Source of the DNA: a virus
Taxonomy: Duplodnaviria; Caudoviricetes
Direction: 5' to 3' (one strand)
Virus record (IMG/VR): IMGVR_UViG_3300021255_001723
Location: 6,576-70,575 of that record
DNA length: 64,000 nt
The notes under the pieces were generated by a model. The model was given only the letters and a program-made list of their open reading frames with translations. It did not search any database and had not been told where the DNA came from. The first letter of the stretch is position 1. Each line of letters begins with the position of its first letter. This document shows positions 16,602 to 25,148 of the stretch, piece by piece. A program made the translations under genes and the position numbers.

Positions 16602-18113
16602 ATGGTTCAAAACGATAAGTGGCAGAAGAAGATGAAAGCGTGGAGGAAAGACTGGTGCCTGTTCGCCAAGCAAGTTCTCCATGCTCGTCTCGATGAGGAA
16701 CAGAAGGCCATCCTGCGTGCCGTACAGAACGAGCGCATGGTGGCCGTTGCTTCGGGTACGGCCCGAGGCAAAGACTATATTGCCGCTGTCGCTTGTCTTT
16801 GTTTCATGTACCTCACTCCTCGATGGAAGGACGGGAAGCTGATTAAGAACACCAAGATTGCCATGACAGCCCCTACCGACCGACAGGTAAGGAATATCAT
16901 GGTGCCGGAGGTCAGACGTTTATACAAGGCAGCTCAGGTGCTGCCTGGCCGATTGGTGGGCTATGACATACGAACGAACTATGAGGAATGGTTCTTGACG
17001 GGCTTCAAGTCGAGTGCGGACAACACGGAGGCATGGTCGGGTTTCCATGCTGTCAATACGATGTTCGTTGTCACGGAGGCATCGGGTATCTCGGAAACCA
17101 TTTACAATGCCATCGAGGGTAACTTGCAGGGTAACTCTCGTCTGCTGATAGTGTTCAACCCCAACATCACTACTGGCTATGCAGCCAAGGCCATGAAGTC
17201 GGCACGTTTCAAGAAATTCCGTCTCAACTCCCTGCACGCTGAGAACGTGGTTCGCAAGGAGAATGTGATACCAGGCCAAGTTGACTACGAATGGGTGAAG
17301 GATAAGGTTGAGAACTGGTGCATCCGCATCCGAAAGGAAGATGTCAACGAGGGTGAGGGCGACTTCGAATGGGAAGGCCAATGGTACCGACCAAACGACC
17401 TTTTCCGTGTCAAGGTGCTCGGAATGTTCCCGAAGGTTGCAGAGGATGTCCTTATCCCATACGAATGGGTGGAACTGGCAAACAGGCGCTGGGAGGAACT
17501 GCAAGAGGAAGAATTTGAGCCGAAGAAGAAATGCCGCCTCGGTGTCGATGTTGCCGGAATGGGTCGTGATGCTTCAGTTCTTTGCCCGAGATACGGGAAC
17601 TACGTTGAAAAGTTTGAGGTGCATAACTCTGCTGGTGTGGCAGACCACATGCACGTCTGCGGAATGACAATTCCTTATCTCAAGAAGAAAGGTGCCAAGG
17701 CGTTCGTTGACACCATTGGCGAAGGTGCAGGGGTATTCTCTCGGCTTAGGGAATTGAACTACCAGAACGCTTATTCCTGTAAGTTCTCTGAGGGTACGAG
17801 AAACCTGCATGATGTCACGGAGGTTTACACCTTTTCGAATATGCGTGCTTATTTGTATTGGGCGGTTAGGGACTGGCTAAACCCGAAGAATGGCTTTCAA
17901 CCTGCATTGCCTCCTAACGATTTGCTGTTGCAGGAATGTACCGATGTGCATTGGAAGTTTCAGAGTTCAGGTGATATTCTCATTGAATCGAAAGATGAGA
18001 TAAAGAAACGCCTCGGAAGGTCGCCGGACTACCTCGATGCTCTGGCTAACACCTTCTATCCGAGAGACTACGAAGCAATCCAAGAAAGCGAACTTTTCAA
18101 AGATTTTCTTTGA
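16602..18113 (+). CDS. terL: Terminase large subunit
   Basis: VASGTARGKD Walker A-like motif, VVTEASG Walker B, nuclease motifs LGVDVAGMGRD and RSPDYLDALA. Confidence 0.92.
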   Translation: MVQNDKWQKKMKAWRKDWCLFAKQVLHARLDEEQKAILRAVQNERMVAVASGTARGKDYIAAVACLCFMYLTPRWKDGKLIKNTKIAMTAPTDRQVRNIMVPEVRRLYKAAQVLPGRLVGYDIRTNYEEWFLTGFKSSADNTEAWSGFHAVNTMFVVTEASGISETIYNAIEGNLQGNSRLLIVFNPNITTGYAAKAMKSARFKKFRLNSLHAENVVRKENVIPGQVDYEWVKDKVENWCIRIRKEDVNEGEGDFEWEGQWYRPNDLFRVKVLGMFPKVAEDVLIPYEWVELANRRWEELQEEEFEPKKKCRLGVDVAGMGRDASVLCPRYGNYVEKFEVHNSAGVADHMHVCGMTIPYLKKKGAKAFVDTIGEGAGVFSRLRELNYQNAYSCKFSEGTRNLHDVTEVYTFSNMRAYLYWAVRDWLNPKNGFQPALPPNDLLLQECTDVHWKFQSSGDILIESKDEIKKRLGRSPDYLDALANTFYPRDYEAIQESELFKDFL

Positions 18114-18126
18114 TTTGTATGATAGA

Positions 18127-18149
18127 TTGGAAAAATTTTCATACCTTTG
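18127..18149 (+). promoter_or_regulatory. Bacteroidetes-type promoter for the putative sRNA
   Basis: TACCTTTG at 18142-18149; no ORF of meaningful length before the terminator. Confidence 0.6.
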
Positions 18150-18153
18150 CATC

Positions 18154-18233
18154 GTTTCTTATATGAAGCTGCTTCAAGCAGACTTCATTGCTCTTGCCAG
18201 TCCAAGCCGTGAGGCCTCGGGCTGGTTTTTTTT
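18154..18233 (+). ncRNA. Putative trans-acting antisense sRNA (~80 nt)
   Basis: Contains GTTTCTTATAT and CTTCATTGCTCTT, exact reverse complements of the ATATAAGAAAC and AAGAGCAATGAAG leader motifs; internal hairpin; ends in stem-loop plus T8. Confidence 0.6.
18197..18233 (+). terminator. Intrinsic terminator with GTGA tetraloop
   Basis: CCAGTCC-aa-GCC-GTGA-GGC-ctc-GGGCTGG-TTTTTTTT. Confidence 0.8.
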
Positions 18234-18257
18234 GTTCCCGAAAACCGCTTCTGAAAC

Positions 18258-18396
18258 AAAAGTTAAACTATCTGAAACATAGGTAGTTGCACGGAAATTT
18301 CTTTGAAAAACGCTTGGAAAATTGCAAAAAAATGAGTACCTTTACATACAATTATAAGAAACATCATTATTAACGTTTTAAAGAAGAAGAGCAATG
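18258..18396 (+). promoter_or_regulatory. Repeated early promoter/leader cassette, copy 3
   Basis: AAAAGTTAAA...TTGGAAAATTGCAAAAAAATGAGTACCTTTACATACAATTATAAGAAAC...AAGAGCAATGAAG. Confidence 0.8.
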
Positions 18397-18777
18397 AAGA
18401 CGAAGAAATTTTTGGTTTACTACAATGAAAGTAAGCAGTTGATCGGTTTACGTGAACACCACTTCGATTGGGAAGAGGGTGATGAAATCACGACTAACGG
18501 TGTAAGAACGGTGATTTTCGGTATCTTTGAAGGTACAGACCGGAACATGAGACTGGTAAAGAGTATGTTTGATACGCTTCGTAGGTATCTCCCGAAAAAG
18601 AAGTGGGTACAGGTTCTTGACGGCGATTTCAGGGCCACTGGTGATTGGTTCGAGGACATGATGAATGCTATGGTTCATTCCCACTATGAGTTGGTGGACG
18701 TCAAGAAGAAGGTCTGGAAGGACTTTGACGCTCAGCTGGATTTCGTAGATAGCGTGTTTGCAAAGATGGATTGTTAA
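18394..18777 (+). CDS. hypothetical protein
   Basis: ATG in the cassette motif. Confidence 0.75.
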   Translation: MKTKKFLVYYNESKQLIGLREHHFDWEEGDEITTNGVRTVIFGIFEGTDRNMRLVKSMFDTLRRYLPKKKWVQVLDGDFRATGDWFEDMMNAMVHSHYELVDVKKKVWKDFDAQLDFVDSVFAKMDC

Positions 18778-18792
18778 GAAAGGAGGCAAGTC

Positions 18793-18963
18793 ATGAAGCA
18801 AGTAATCATCGACATCATCAAGGAAGGCTGGGAGAAGAACCTGCCAGTATGTGAGGTAATCGCAAACATCGTCTCTGAAACAGGATTGTATGAGCGGTAT
18901 GCGAAGGACCAGTTCACGGAATTAGTGTTCTCGGCTAAGCCGGGAGTTAGTGTTAAACCTTAA
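18793..18963 (+). CDS. small hypothetical protein (56 aa, MKQVIIDIIK...)
   Basis: Read by hand; fills the gap in the operon. Confidence 0.55.
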   Translation: MKQVIIDIIKEGWEKNLPVCEVIANIVSETGLYERYAKDQFTELVFSAKPGVSVKP

Positions 18964-18975
18964 AAGAACAAAGCT

Positions 18976-19269
18976 ATGGAGATTAAGATGGAGTTAACCC
19001 CGATTATGAAGCAATACTTCGATTTGAAGAAGAAACACCCAGACGCCTTGTTGCTGTTCAGACGCGGCGACTTTTACGAGGTCTTCGAAGATGACGCTGC
19101 AGATGCAGCTCGCATTCTGGGAATCACTCTCACAAAGCATCGCAGAGGATATAGGCTCGCAGCTTTTCCACATCATGCGCTCGACATATATTTGCCGAAG
19201 TTAGTAAGGGCAGGTAGGAGAGTAGCTATCTGCGAACAGCTGGAAGCACCTAAGAGGAGTCAGAGCTAA
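18976..19269 (+). CDS. Stand-alone MutS domain I (mismatch-binding) protein
   Basis: TPIMKQY...[30 protein letters not shown]...[25 protein letters not shown]. Confidence 0.9.
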   Translation: MEIKMELTPIMKQYFDLKKKHPDALLLFRRGDFYEVFEDDAADAARILGITLTKHRRGYRLAAFPHHALDIYLPKLVRAGRRVAICEQLEAPKRSQS

Positions 19270-19296
19270 TTATTGCTCTTCAATAGATGAAGACCC

Positions 19297-19329
19297 CTGC
19301 GCTGGTCTGGGAAGATAGGCGCAGTTTTT
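19297..19329 (+). terminator. Intrinsic terminator
   Basis: CTGCGC...GCGCAG stem with inner GGGA-loop hairpin, then TTTTT. Confidence 0.65.
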
Positions 19330-19352
19330 ACCCACCCTAAAACAAGAAAGAT

Positions 19353-19601
19353 ATGAGATTACAAGTTGAAATTCATGTAATGGCAGAGCAGGATGCTCTC
19401 GCACGTTATCATCTTAACTGGGATGCTGCTCTTAGAGAGCAGTTTGATTACCAAGGTTTTGGCATTTGGTGCTCGAACGGAAGGTACGAAGCCGGATATG
19501 ATGATGAAGCTGCTAAGTCCTTGAAGGCGTTTGCTGACAAGCGCTTGAAGGAACATGGAGTTACGGAGTTCTATACTACGATAGAAGAAATTGACGATTA
19601 G
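19353..19601 (+). CDS. hypothetical protein
   Basis: ORF with A-rich leader. Confidence 0.6.
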   Translation: MRLQVEIHVMAEQDALARYHLNWDAALREQFDYQGFGIWCSNGRYEAGYDDEAAKSLKAFADKRLKEHGVTEFYTTIEEIDD

Positions 19602-19654
19602 ATTGGTGTAGAATTGGCCTGAAAAGTGCCGATTTTGCAAAAAAGTATAAAAAA

Positions 19655-19720
19655 GTGCTTGAAATGCGCATAATTTTCCTTTAAATGTGCGTGTTATTCA
19701 AGCACTTTTTCGTATCTTTG
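19655..19720 (+). promoter_or_regulatory. Portal promoter with operator-like boxes (late class)
   Basis: GTGCTTGAA (19655) / TTCAAGCAC (19697) inverted pair; GTGCGTG-N5-CAAGCAC; TATCTTTG at 19713-19720. Confidence 0.65.
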
Positions 19721-19743
19721 TGGCGTTATAACATTTTGCGTAT

Positions 19744-21156
19744 ATGCCACCAATTAGTGAAATTTTCAATGCAGGTTCAGCTGGAACCATCATTACCGAG
19801 TTAAAGAAGAAGTCAGTGGACGTTCCAGACTGGGGCGAACTGCTGAAAGATTATGAGCCGACCAAGCATAAGATATGCAAGGACATGGTAGGCCGTAAAG
19901 ATAGGACACGTTCGGACAATGTTACCGAGAAAGCAAGCCGTATCTACATAGGTATGGAGAAATTGCTTACGCACCGCTACAACGAGTACACTTTCTCTCT
20001 CCCTGTCAAGCGTGCATATTCCAATCTTGAAGGCAACAAGACACGTCAGGAAATTGCAGCTGCGATTGAGTCGATTTACAAGCATTCCCGTATTGATGCA
20101 GTAAACCTCAAGCGTGGTCTTGCTTATTATGCTGCATGTGAGATATTCACGATTTGGTACACGGTAGAGCGTGAGAATACGCTATACGGATTCCCTTGCC
20201 CGTTGAAGTTGAAGTGTAAGACCTATTCTCCGATGGATGGCTACAAGCTATATCCGCTCATCGATGAAATGGATGATATGCTGGCCATGTCGTTTGAGTA
20301 CGAGAAGAAGGTGGGAGATCAGACAATAACCTACTTCGAGACCTTCACGGCAGAGAGACATTATTTGTGGAAGCGTGACAGCGCAAGTGCTGACGGATGG
20401 TCAGAAGTCCTCAACGAGGAAGTTATCATTATGAAGATTCCTGGAGTTTACTTGTGGCGACCTGCTCCCGTCTATCACGGGTTAACATATCTGCGTGAGG
20501 AGATAGAATACACGCTCTCTCGCAATAGTGATGTGATAGCTTACAACTCGGCACCCGTGTTGAAGATTTCGGGCGACATCATCGGAGAGGAAGGCAAAGG
20601 AGATTCCCGTCGCGCTTTCCGTATGGCCAATGGTGGCGATGTGTCATACGTTTCATGGCAGCAGTCTATCGAGGCTCTGAAGTATCATGTAGATATGCTG
20701 ATTAAGCTGTTCTTCATGCAGGCTCAGATGCCGGATATCTCATTTGAGAACATGAAGGGATTGGGTAGTATCGGCTATGATGCAAGGCAGACCTTGTTCA
20801 CGGATGCACACCTGAAGGTAGGTGATGAAGCCGGAGCATGGACTGAATTCCTTGAACGTGAGTGCAACGTTATCAAGGCTTTCTTGAAGAAGATGAACCT
20901 CAAGTGGGCCAATGAGATTGATAATGTTGAGGTTGAACACATCATCACTCCATTCGTGCAGAACGATGAGAAGTACGAGGTTGAAAAGTGGATGAAGGCT
21001 AATGGCGACAAGCCTCTGGTCGGCCACTTGGAATCCATTCGCAAGGCTGGCGTGTCGGAAGACCCCGATGCTACTTATGAGGAGTATCAGAACGAGCAGA
21101 ATGCTTCACTGGAGAGCCGTGTTCAGGATATCTTCGGTGGCGCATCAGCAGAATAA
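19744..21156 (+). CDS. Portal protein (SPP1-like)
   Basis: 470 aa, first structural gene after TerL; LSRNSDVIAYNSAPVL and A-x-YVSW motifs. Confidence 0.85.
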   Translation: MPPISEIFNAGSAGTIITELKKKSVDVPDWGELLKDYEPTKHKICKDMVGRKDRTRSDNVTEKASRIYIGMEKLLTHRYNEYTFSLPVKRAYSNLEGNKTRQEIAAAIESIYKHSRIDAVNLKRGLAYYAACEIFTIWYTVERENTLYGFPCPLKLKCKTYSPMDGYKLYPLIDEMDDMLAMSFEYEKKVGDQTITYFETFTAERHYLWKRDSASADGWSEVLNEEVIIMKIPGVYLWRPAPVYHGLTYLREEIEYTLSRNSDVIAYNSAPVLKISGDIIGEEGKGDSRRAFRMANGGDVSYVSWQQSIEALKYHVDMLIKLFFMQAQMPDISFENMKGLGSIGYDARQTLFTDAHLKVGDEAGAWTEFLERECNVIKAFLKKMNLKWANEIDNVEVEHIITPFVQNDEKYEVEKWMKANGDKPLVGHLESIRKAGVSEDPDATYEEYQNEQNASLESRVQDIFGGASAE

Positions 21157-21174
21157 ACCTAACCTTAATACACC

Positions 21175-21561
21175 ATGAAGAAAAGATTAGCTTATTGGTT
21201 TCTTTTGGTTGCCGAACGGCTTGACCCAGAGATACGTGTTGAGAACGCACAGTTCGTTGAAGACTACGATGCTCAGAAGATAGGCCTGACCTATGTGGTA
21301 ACGAAAAAGGATATAAAAGACTACCGCTTTAAGGACGGCGCCCGTATGTCTTATCGGGAGGGAGTGCGTGGTGTCCTGCATGAGGTAAGGAAGAATATCC
21401 GAAAACACATTATCGGAGGTATCGATGCCAACCACCTCATAGAGTACGATGTTAAGGAAGATAATGGAGGCTATCGTGTTAGTGGAGAACTGAAGGTGTA
21501 TGTCCGTAAGTCCGAGAGCAATGAAGAAGGAGAGCAACAAGAAACCAGTAGTAACGCATAA
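21175..21561 (+). CDS. hypothetical protein
   Basis: ORF after portal. Confidence 0.6.
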   Translation: MKKRLAYWFLLVAERLDPEIRVENAQFVEDYDAQKIGLTYVVTKKDIKDYRFKDGARMSYREGVRGVLHEVRKNIRKHIIGGIDANHLIEYDVKEDNGGYRVSGELKVYVRKSESNEEGEQQETSSNA

Positions 21562-21718
21562 GTGTGGAGAGTGCGCCAATGTAACGCTTGTTACCATCTT
21601 CCATACCCTCAGCATTAAAGGAGAACCGACGATGGGCGAGTGTCCTTACTGGACGCAATCCAAATGTGTGTTGCTGAGTCAGAAAGCATGTGTTAAACAT
21701 TTCAAGAAGAGGGAATAA
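21521..21718 (+). CDS. small Cys-rich hypothetical protein
   Basis: CGEC...ECP...C...C; ATG within AGAGCAATGAAG. Confidence 0.6.
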   Translation: MKKESNKKPVVTHKCGECANVTLVTIFHTLSIKGEPTMGECPYWTQSKCVLLSQKACVKHFKKRE

Positions 21719-21719
21719 C

Positions 21720-24287
21720 ATGGCAAAGCCTAAAGGTATCAATCAGAAAGCCAAGTGGCGAGAGCACTCCATCCGTCTTGCAAGATATGCGGATAGAGTG
21801 CAGTCTGTTTATGATACCTTGAACAAGGAGGTTGCAAAGTCTGTTGTTAAGACAGGCTATGACGGGGCAAAGCCGTTTAGATTCTCCGACTATCCTGAAA
21901 CTAAGAAGATGTTTGAAGATGTGCAGGCTTCTTTCGTCCGTGACCTCCGAGCAGTCGTTTATGGTGGAACAAATGCAGAGTGGCATGAGAGTAATCTTGT
22001 TCAGGATCTGCTTGCCGACAAGGTTTTGAAATTCTACGGCAGCAAGGCAGGAGGTAGAAAACACAGGGTTTACTATCAGACTAATTCGGATGTGCTGAAG
22101 GCTTTCCAGGAGCGAAAGGACAAAGGTATGAATTTGTCGCAAAAGCTATGGAATCAGTCCAAGGAGTATAAGACGGAGATGGAGTATGCTATCTCTTCTG
22201 CAATCGAGAAGGGCACAAGCGCAGTAACTCTCTCAAAGCGGTTGAGTAAATATCTTGTCGATTTTCCATCCCTAAAGCATGATTACAAGGAGAAGTTCGG
22301 CAAGGCAGTGACATGCCAGGACTGCGAATTTCGTTCCATCCGTCTTGCTCGGTCGGAGATAAACATGGCATACAGGACAGCAGAACAGGAACGCTGGAAG
22401 CAGTTCGATTTCGTATTAGGCTATGATGTGAAACTCACCCAGAACCTCCGTCATGTGCCGGACATCTGCGACGACCTTGCAGGCAAGTACCCGAAGGACT
22501 TTGTTTTCAAGGGCTGGCACCCTAACTGCATGTGCTATGTTATCCCCATTCTCAAAACCGAAGAGCAGTTTTGGAATGATGAAGACGTATCGGAAATCGT
22601 CGAGCCTCCTAAGAACTTTACCGACTGGCTGGAGTCCAATGCCGAACGTATCGATAAGGCTGCTGGGAAGGGCACGCTTCCTTATTGGTATGCGGATAAT
22701 GGAAAGTATGTAGATACTATACGATGGAAGAATTTCCGTATGCTCGATGAATATGATCGTCGAGATTATGAAAGAGTGCAAAAATGGAAGGAAGGTCTCG
22801 GACTGAAGACTGACAACCTGGAGAAATTGCTGACTACAAAAGATGTTGAAGACTGGAAGATCAGCGGAGAGTTGATGGAACTCACTTCTCGTATTGATAG
22901 GGCCAAGCAGCATTACATGGACGAATGGAAGAAGATGTATGAGCGGATAGAAAGCGACGAGGTACATAACGGTTACGACAGGGGCTTCATACGGAAACTG
23001 CGTGACAGACTATCTGCTGCCAGCAGCGGTTTGAGTTACGATGTGCGGATGTCGTGGGCACAACTGAAGAGCATTGAGGATTTGATTGCTGGCTATGATA
23101 AGGAGTTGGTTGATGTCGTTGTCCCGTCGTTCCCCTTGAAGTCAGCCGGCTTCGGTACTATCACCCATGATGTTGGTAGAGTACGTGACCAACTCAATGC
23201 TTTGGTAGGAACGGCTCGCAAGGACCATTACCGCTTCTTGGATTTTCGTGACCACTTCGACCACATGGCAACGACTGGCAAGATGAATGACACCATACGT
23301 CAGAAGTTCGTGGAAATGCTTGACCGTGATGAGGGTGCGGTATGGAAGTGCATCGACCACCTCAATGAGATTGCCAATGCCTCGGACTTGGATAAGATAC
23401 CCAGGCGATGGTATCGCGCCTTCAATAAGTACATGGAGGAAATCAGAGCCTTTGACATCGAGACGAACGGTTATGGTGGTGTGTATAGGCAGATTGAGGG
23501 TGCTTACAACATCTATAAACTATCCACAATGCCGGAGGTAGCGAAATATGGACTGAGTAAGGTTAATGACAAAATGCCTTGGAATTTGTTCGAGGTCTTC
23601 AAGGAGAAGGGTATCGACTACAAGTACTTGCCTGACAGCCTGATGTTCCGCAACGAAGGAGATTTTGTGCCCTGGTATGATACTATCAGGCAGAACAAGA
23701 AAGGTACATTCAACATCTATAGCAGTGCCCACCACTCGAGTGAGTTCGGTCATGTAGCCATCAACAGGGCATTCTTTGACCAGACATATGGTAGGTGTGC
23801 GAATAACATGCCTCAGGCTTCGAGGATATTCTACCATGAATACGGACATGCCTTAGATGCCCAGAGGGACTGGAGTACGAAGAAGAGGATAAAGGCCCTG
23901 TTCGACAAATATGAAGCCAAATATAGCGCGATGGATGAGACGGAGCTGGAGAACAAGTTCTTAAAGACTTCGTTTGATCAATGGAAAGATACTCCTTTCT
24001 TCAAGGAAATGAAGGAAGACCCAGCGCACAACGAGAGGTGTATCGCCTTCTCCGATGTGCTGCAGGGATTCATGAAGTCTCACAAGAAGATTTTCGGTGG
24101 CCATGACATTGCCTACATGCAGAGCCGTGCTAACGCAATGGCAGAGTTCATCGCGCACATGAATGAGGTGTACTGGCAGGGCAACAAGTTCTGGGAGGCA
24201 TTCGACAAGGAGTTCTATGAAGAGGTTCGCTCTATCATGCGAGTCGCATTCAGGGGAAACAAGGAAGCGCTAAATAAAGTGAAATAG
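21720..24287 (+). CDS. MuF/SPP1 gp7-like minor head protein with C-terminal zincin-like metallopeptidase extension
   Basis: RLARSEINMAYRTA...DICDDLAGKYPK...WHPNCMC (MuF); C-terminal FYHEYGHALD (HExxH) and AMAEFIA. Confidence 0.8.
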   Translation: MAKPKGINQKAKWREHSIRLARYADRVQSVYDTLNKEVAKSVVKTGYDGAKPFRFSDYPETKKMFEDVQASFVRDLRAVVYGGTNAEWHESNLVQDLLADKVLKFYGSKAGGRKHRVYYQTNSDVLKAFQERKDKGMNLSQKLWNQSKEYKTEMEYAISSAIEKGTSAVTLSKRLSKYLVDFPSLKHDYKEKFGKAVTCQDCEFRSIRLARSEINMAYRTAEQERWKQFDFVLGYDVKLTQNLRHVPDICDDLAGKYPKDFVFKGWHPNCMCYVIPILKTEEQFWNDEDVSEIVEPPKNFTDWLESNAERIDKAAGKGTLPYWYADNGKYVDTIRWKNFRMLDEYDRRDYERVQKWKEGLGLKTDNLEKLLTTKDVEDWKISGELMELTSRIDRAKQHYMDEWKKMYERIESDEVHNGYDRGFIRKLRDRLSAASSGLSYDVRMSWAQLKSIEDLIAGYDKELVDVVVPSFPLKSAGFGTITHDVGRVRDQLNALVGTARKDHYRFLDFRDHFDHMATTGKMNDTIRQKFVEMLDRDEGAVWKCIDHLNEIANASDLDKIPRRWYRAFNKYMEEIRAFDIETNGYGGVYRQIEGAYNIYKLSTMPEVAKYGLSKVNDKMPWNLFEVFKEKGIDYKYLPDSLMFRNEGDFVPWYDTIRQNKKGTFNIYSSAHHSSEFGHVAINRAFFDQTYGRCANNMPQASRIFYHEYGHALDAQRDWSTKKRIKALFDKYEAKYSAMDETELENKFLKTSFDQWKDTPFFKEMKEDPAHNERCIAFSDVLQGFMKSHKKIFGGHDIAYMQSRANAMAEFIAHMNEVYWQGNKFWEAFDKEFYEEVRSIMRVAFRGNKEALNKVK

Positions 24288-24318
24288 TTTGTGGAATCGG
24301 GTGAAATAGTTATCTTTG
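24288..24318 (+). promoter_or_regulatory. Canonical Bacteroidetes promoter
   Basis: TTTG-19 nt-TATCTTTG, 4 nt upstream of ATG 24323. Confidence 0.7.
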
Positions 24319-24322
24319 CAAC

Positions 24323-24628
24323 ATGACGAAAGAAGAGTACATACTGAAATGCGGTGGCCGGACGTCGGAAGACCTGTCGGCAGAACAAATCCTCACATAC
24401 TTCATTGAGGGGCACGGAGGCATGCGCAACTGGAAATCTGCACTCGTCATCAGGTCTGGAAGATTGTGCGGTTGTGACATAGACCGAGCAAAGGGTATTG
24501 CCATGCTCAGGCAGGCTTTTGATGAAGACAAGATACTCGAGGTCAATTTTGTCGATGGGGAAGGGGTCAAAAACGACAAGAACAGCATTTCGGCAAGCCG
24601 ATTTACGATGACTTTTAGGAAAAGTTAA
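24323..24628 (+). CDS. hypothetical protein, candidate MuF immunity protein
   Basis: Small ORF directly after the MuF-toxin-like gene, with its own promoter. Confidence 0.5.
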   Translation: MTKEEYILKCGGRTSEDLSAEQILTYFIEGHGGMRNWKSALVIRSGRLCGCDIDRAKGIAMLRQAFDEDKILEVNFVDGEGVKNDKNSISASRFTMTFRKS

Positions 24629-24757
24629 ACAATTTGAAAATCAAGTTGTTAGCTTGAAAATAGGTGGGTAAAAATTTGGAAAATTGTCAAAAAATGACTA
24701 CCTTTACATACAATTATAAGAAACATCATTATTAACGTTTAAAGTAGAAGAGCAATG
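24620..24757 (+). promoter_or_regulatory. Repeated early promoter/leader cassette, copy 4
   Basis: AAAAGTTAAA...TTTGGAAAATTGTCAAAAAATGACTACCTTTACATACAATTATAAGAAAC...AAGAGCAATGAAG. Confidence 0.8.
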
Positions 24758-25087
24758 AAGAAGTTTGATTTGAAAGTAGGACAAGTAGTCGATTTTTACC
24801 ACTACTATGACAGCGAGAAAAAGCATCCAGTTCAGGGAACGGTTTTAGGCGTACAAGAAGCAACGAAGTACGACCGCGAGAGTTCAGACCTGCTTCACTG
24901 GATATGGTTCTTGAACAGCAAGAATGAAGTCTGCGTAGCCACACACGATGCAGACGGCACTATCTGCTGGGATGATACGTGGACGGACTTCACGGATTTC
25001 AACCATCATCCGTACGAACGCAGTCTAAACGCAGCAGGTTATAGGTTGAGTAAAGAGAATGGCTATTGGGAAGCGTTTAAGAAATGA
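24755..25087 (+). CDS. hypothetical protein
   Basis: ATG in the cassette motif. Confidence 0.75.
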   Translation: MKKFDLKVGQVVDFYHYYDSEKKHPVQGTVLGVQEATKYDRESSDLLHWIWFLNSKNEVCVATHDADGTICWDDTWTDFTDFNHHPYERSLNAAGYRLSKENGYWEAFKK

Positions 25088-25148
25088 TAGCTTAGTTTGA
25101 AGATAGAGTTATAAGAAACATAGTATTAACAGTTAATTTTTTAGAGCA

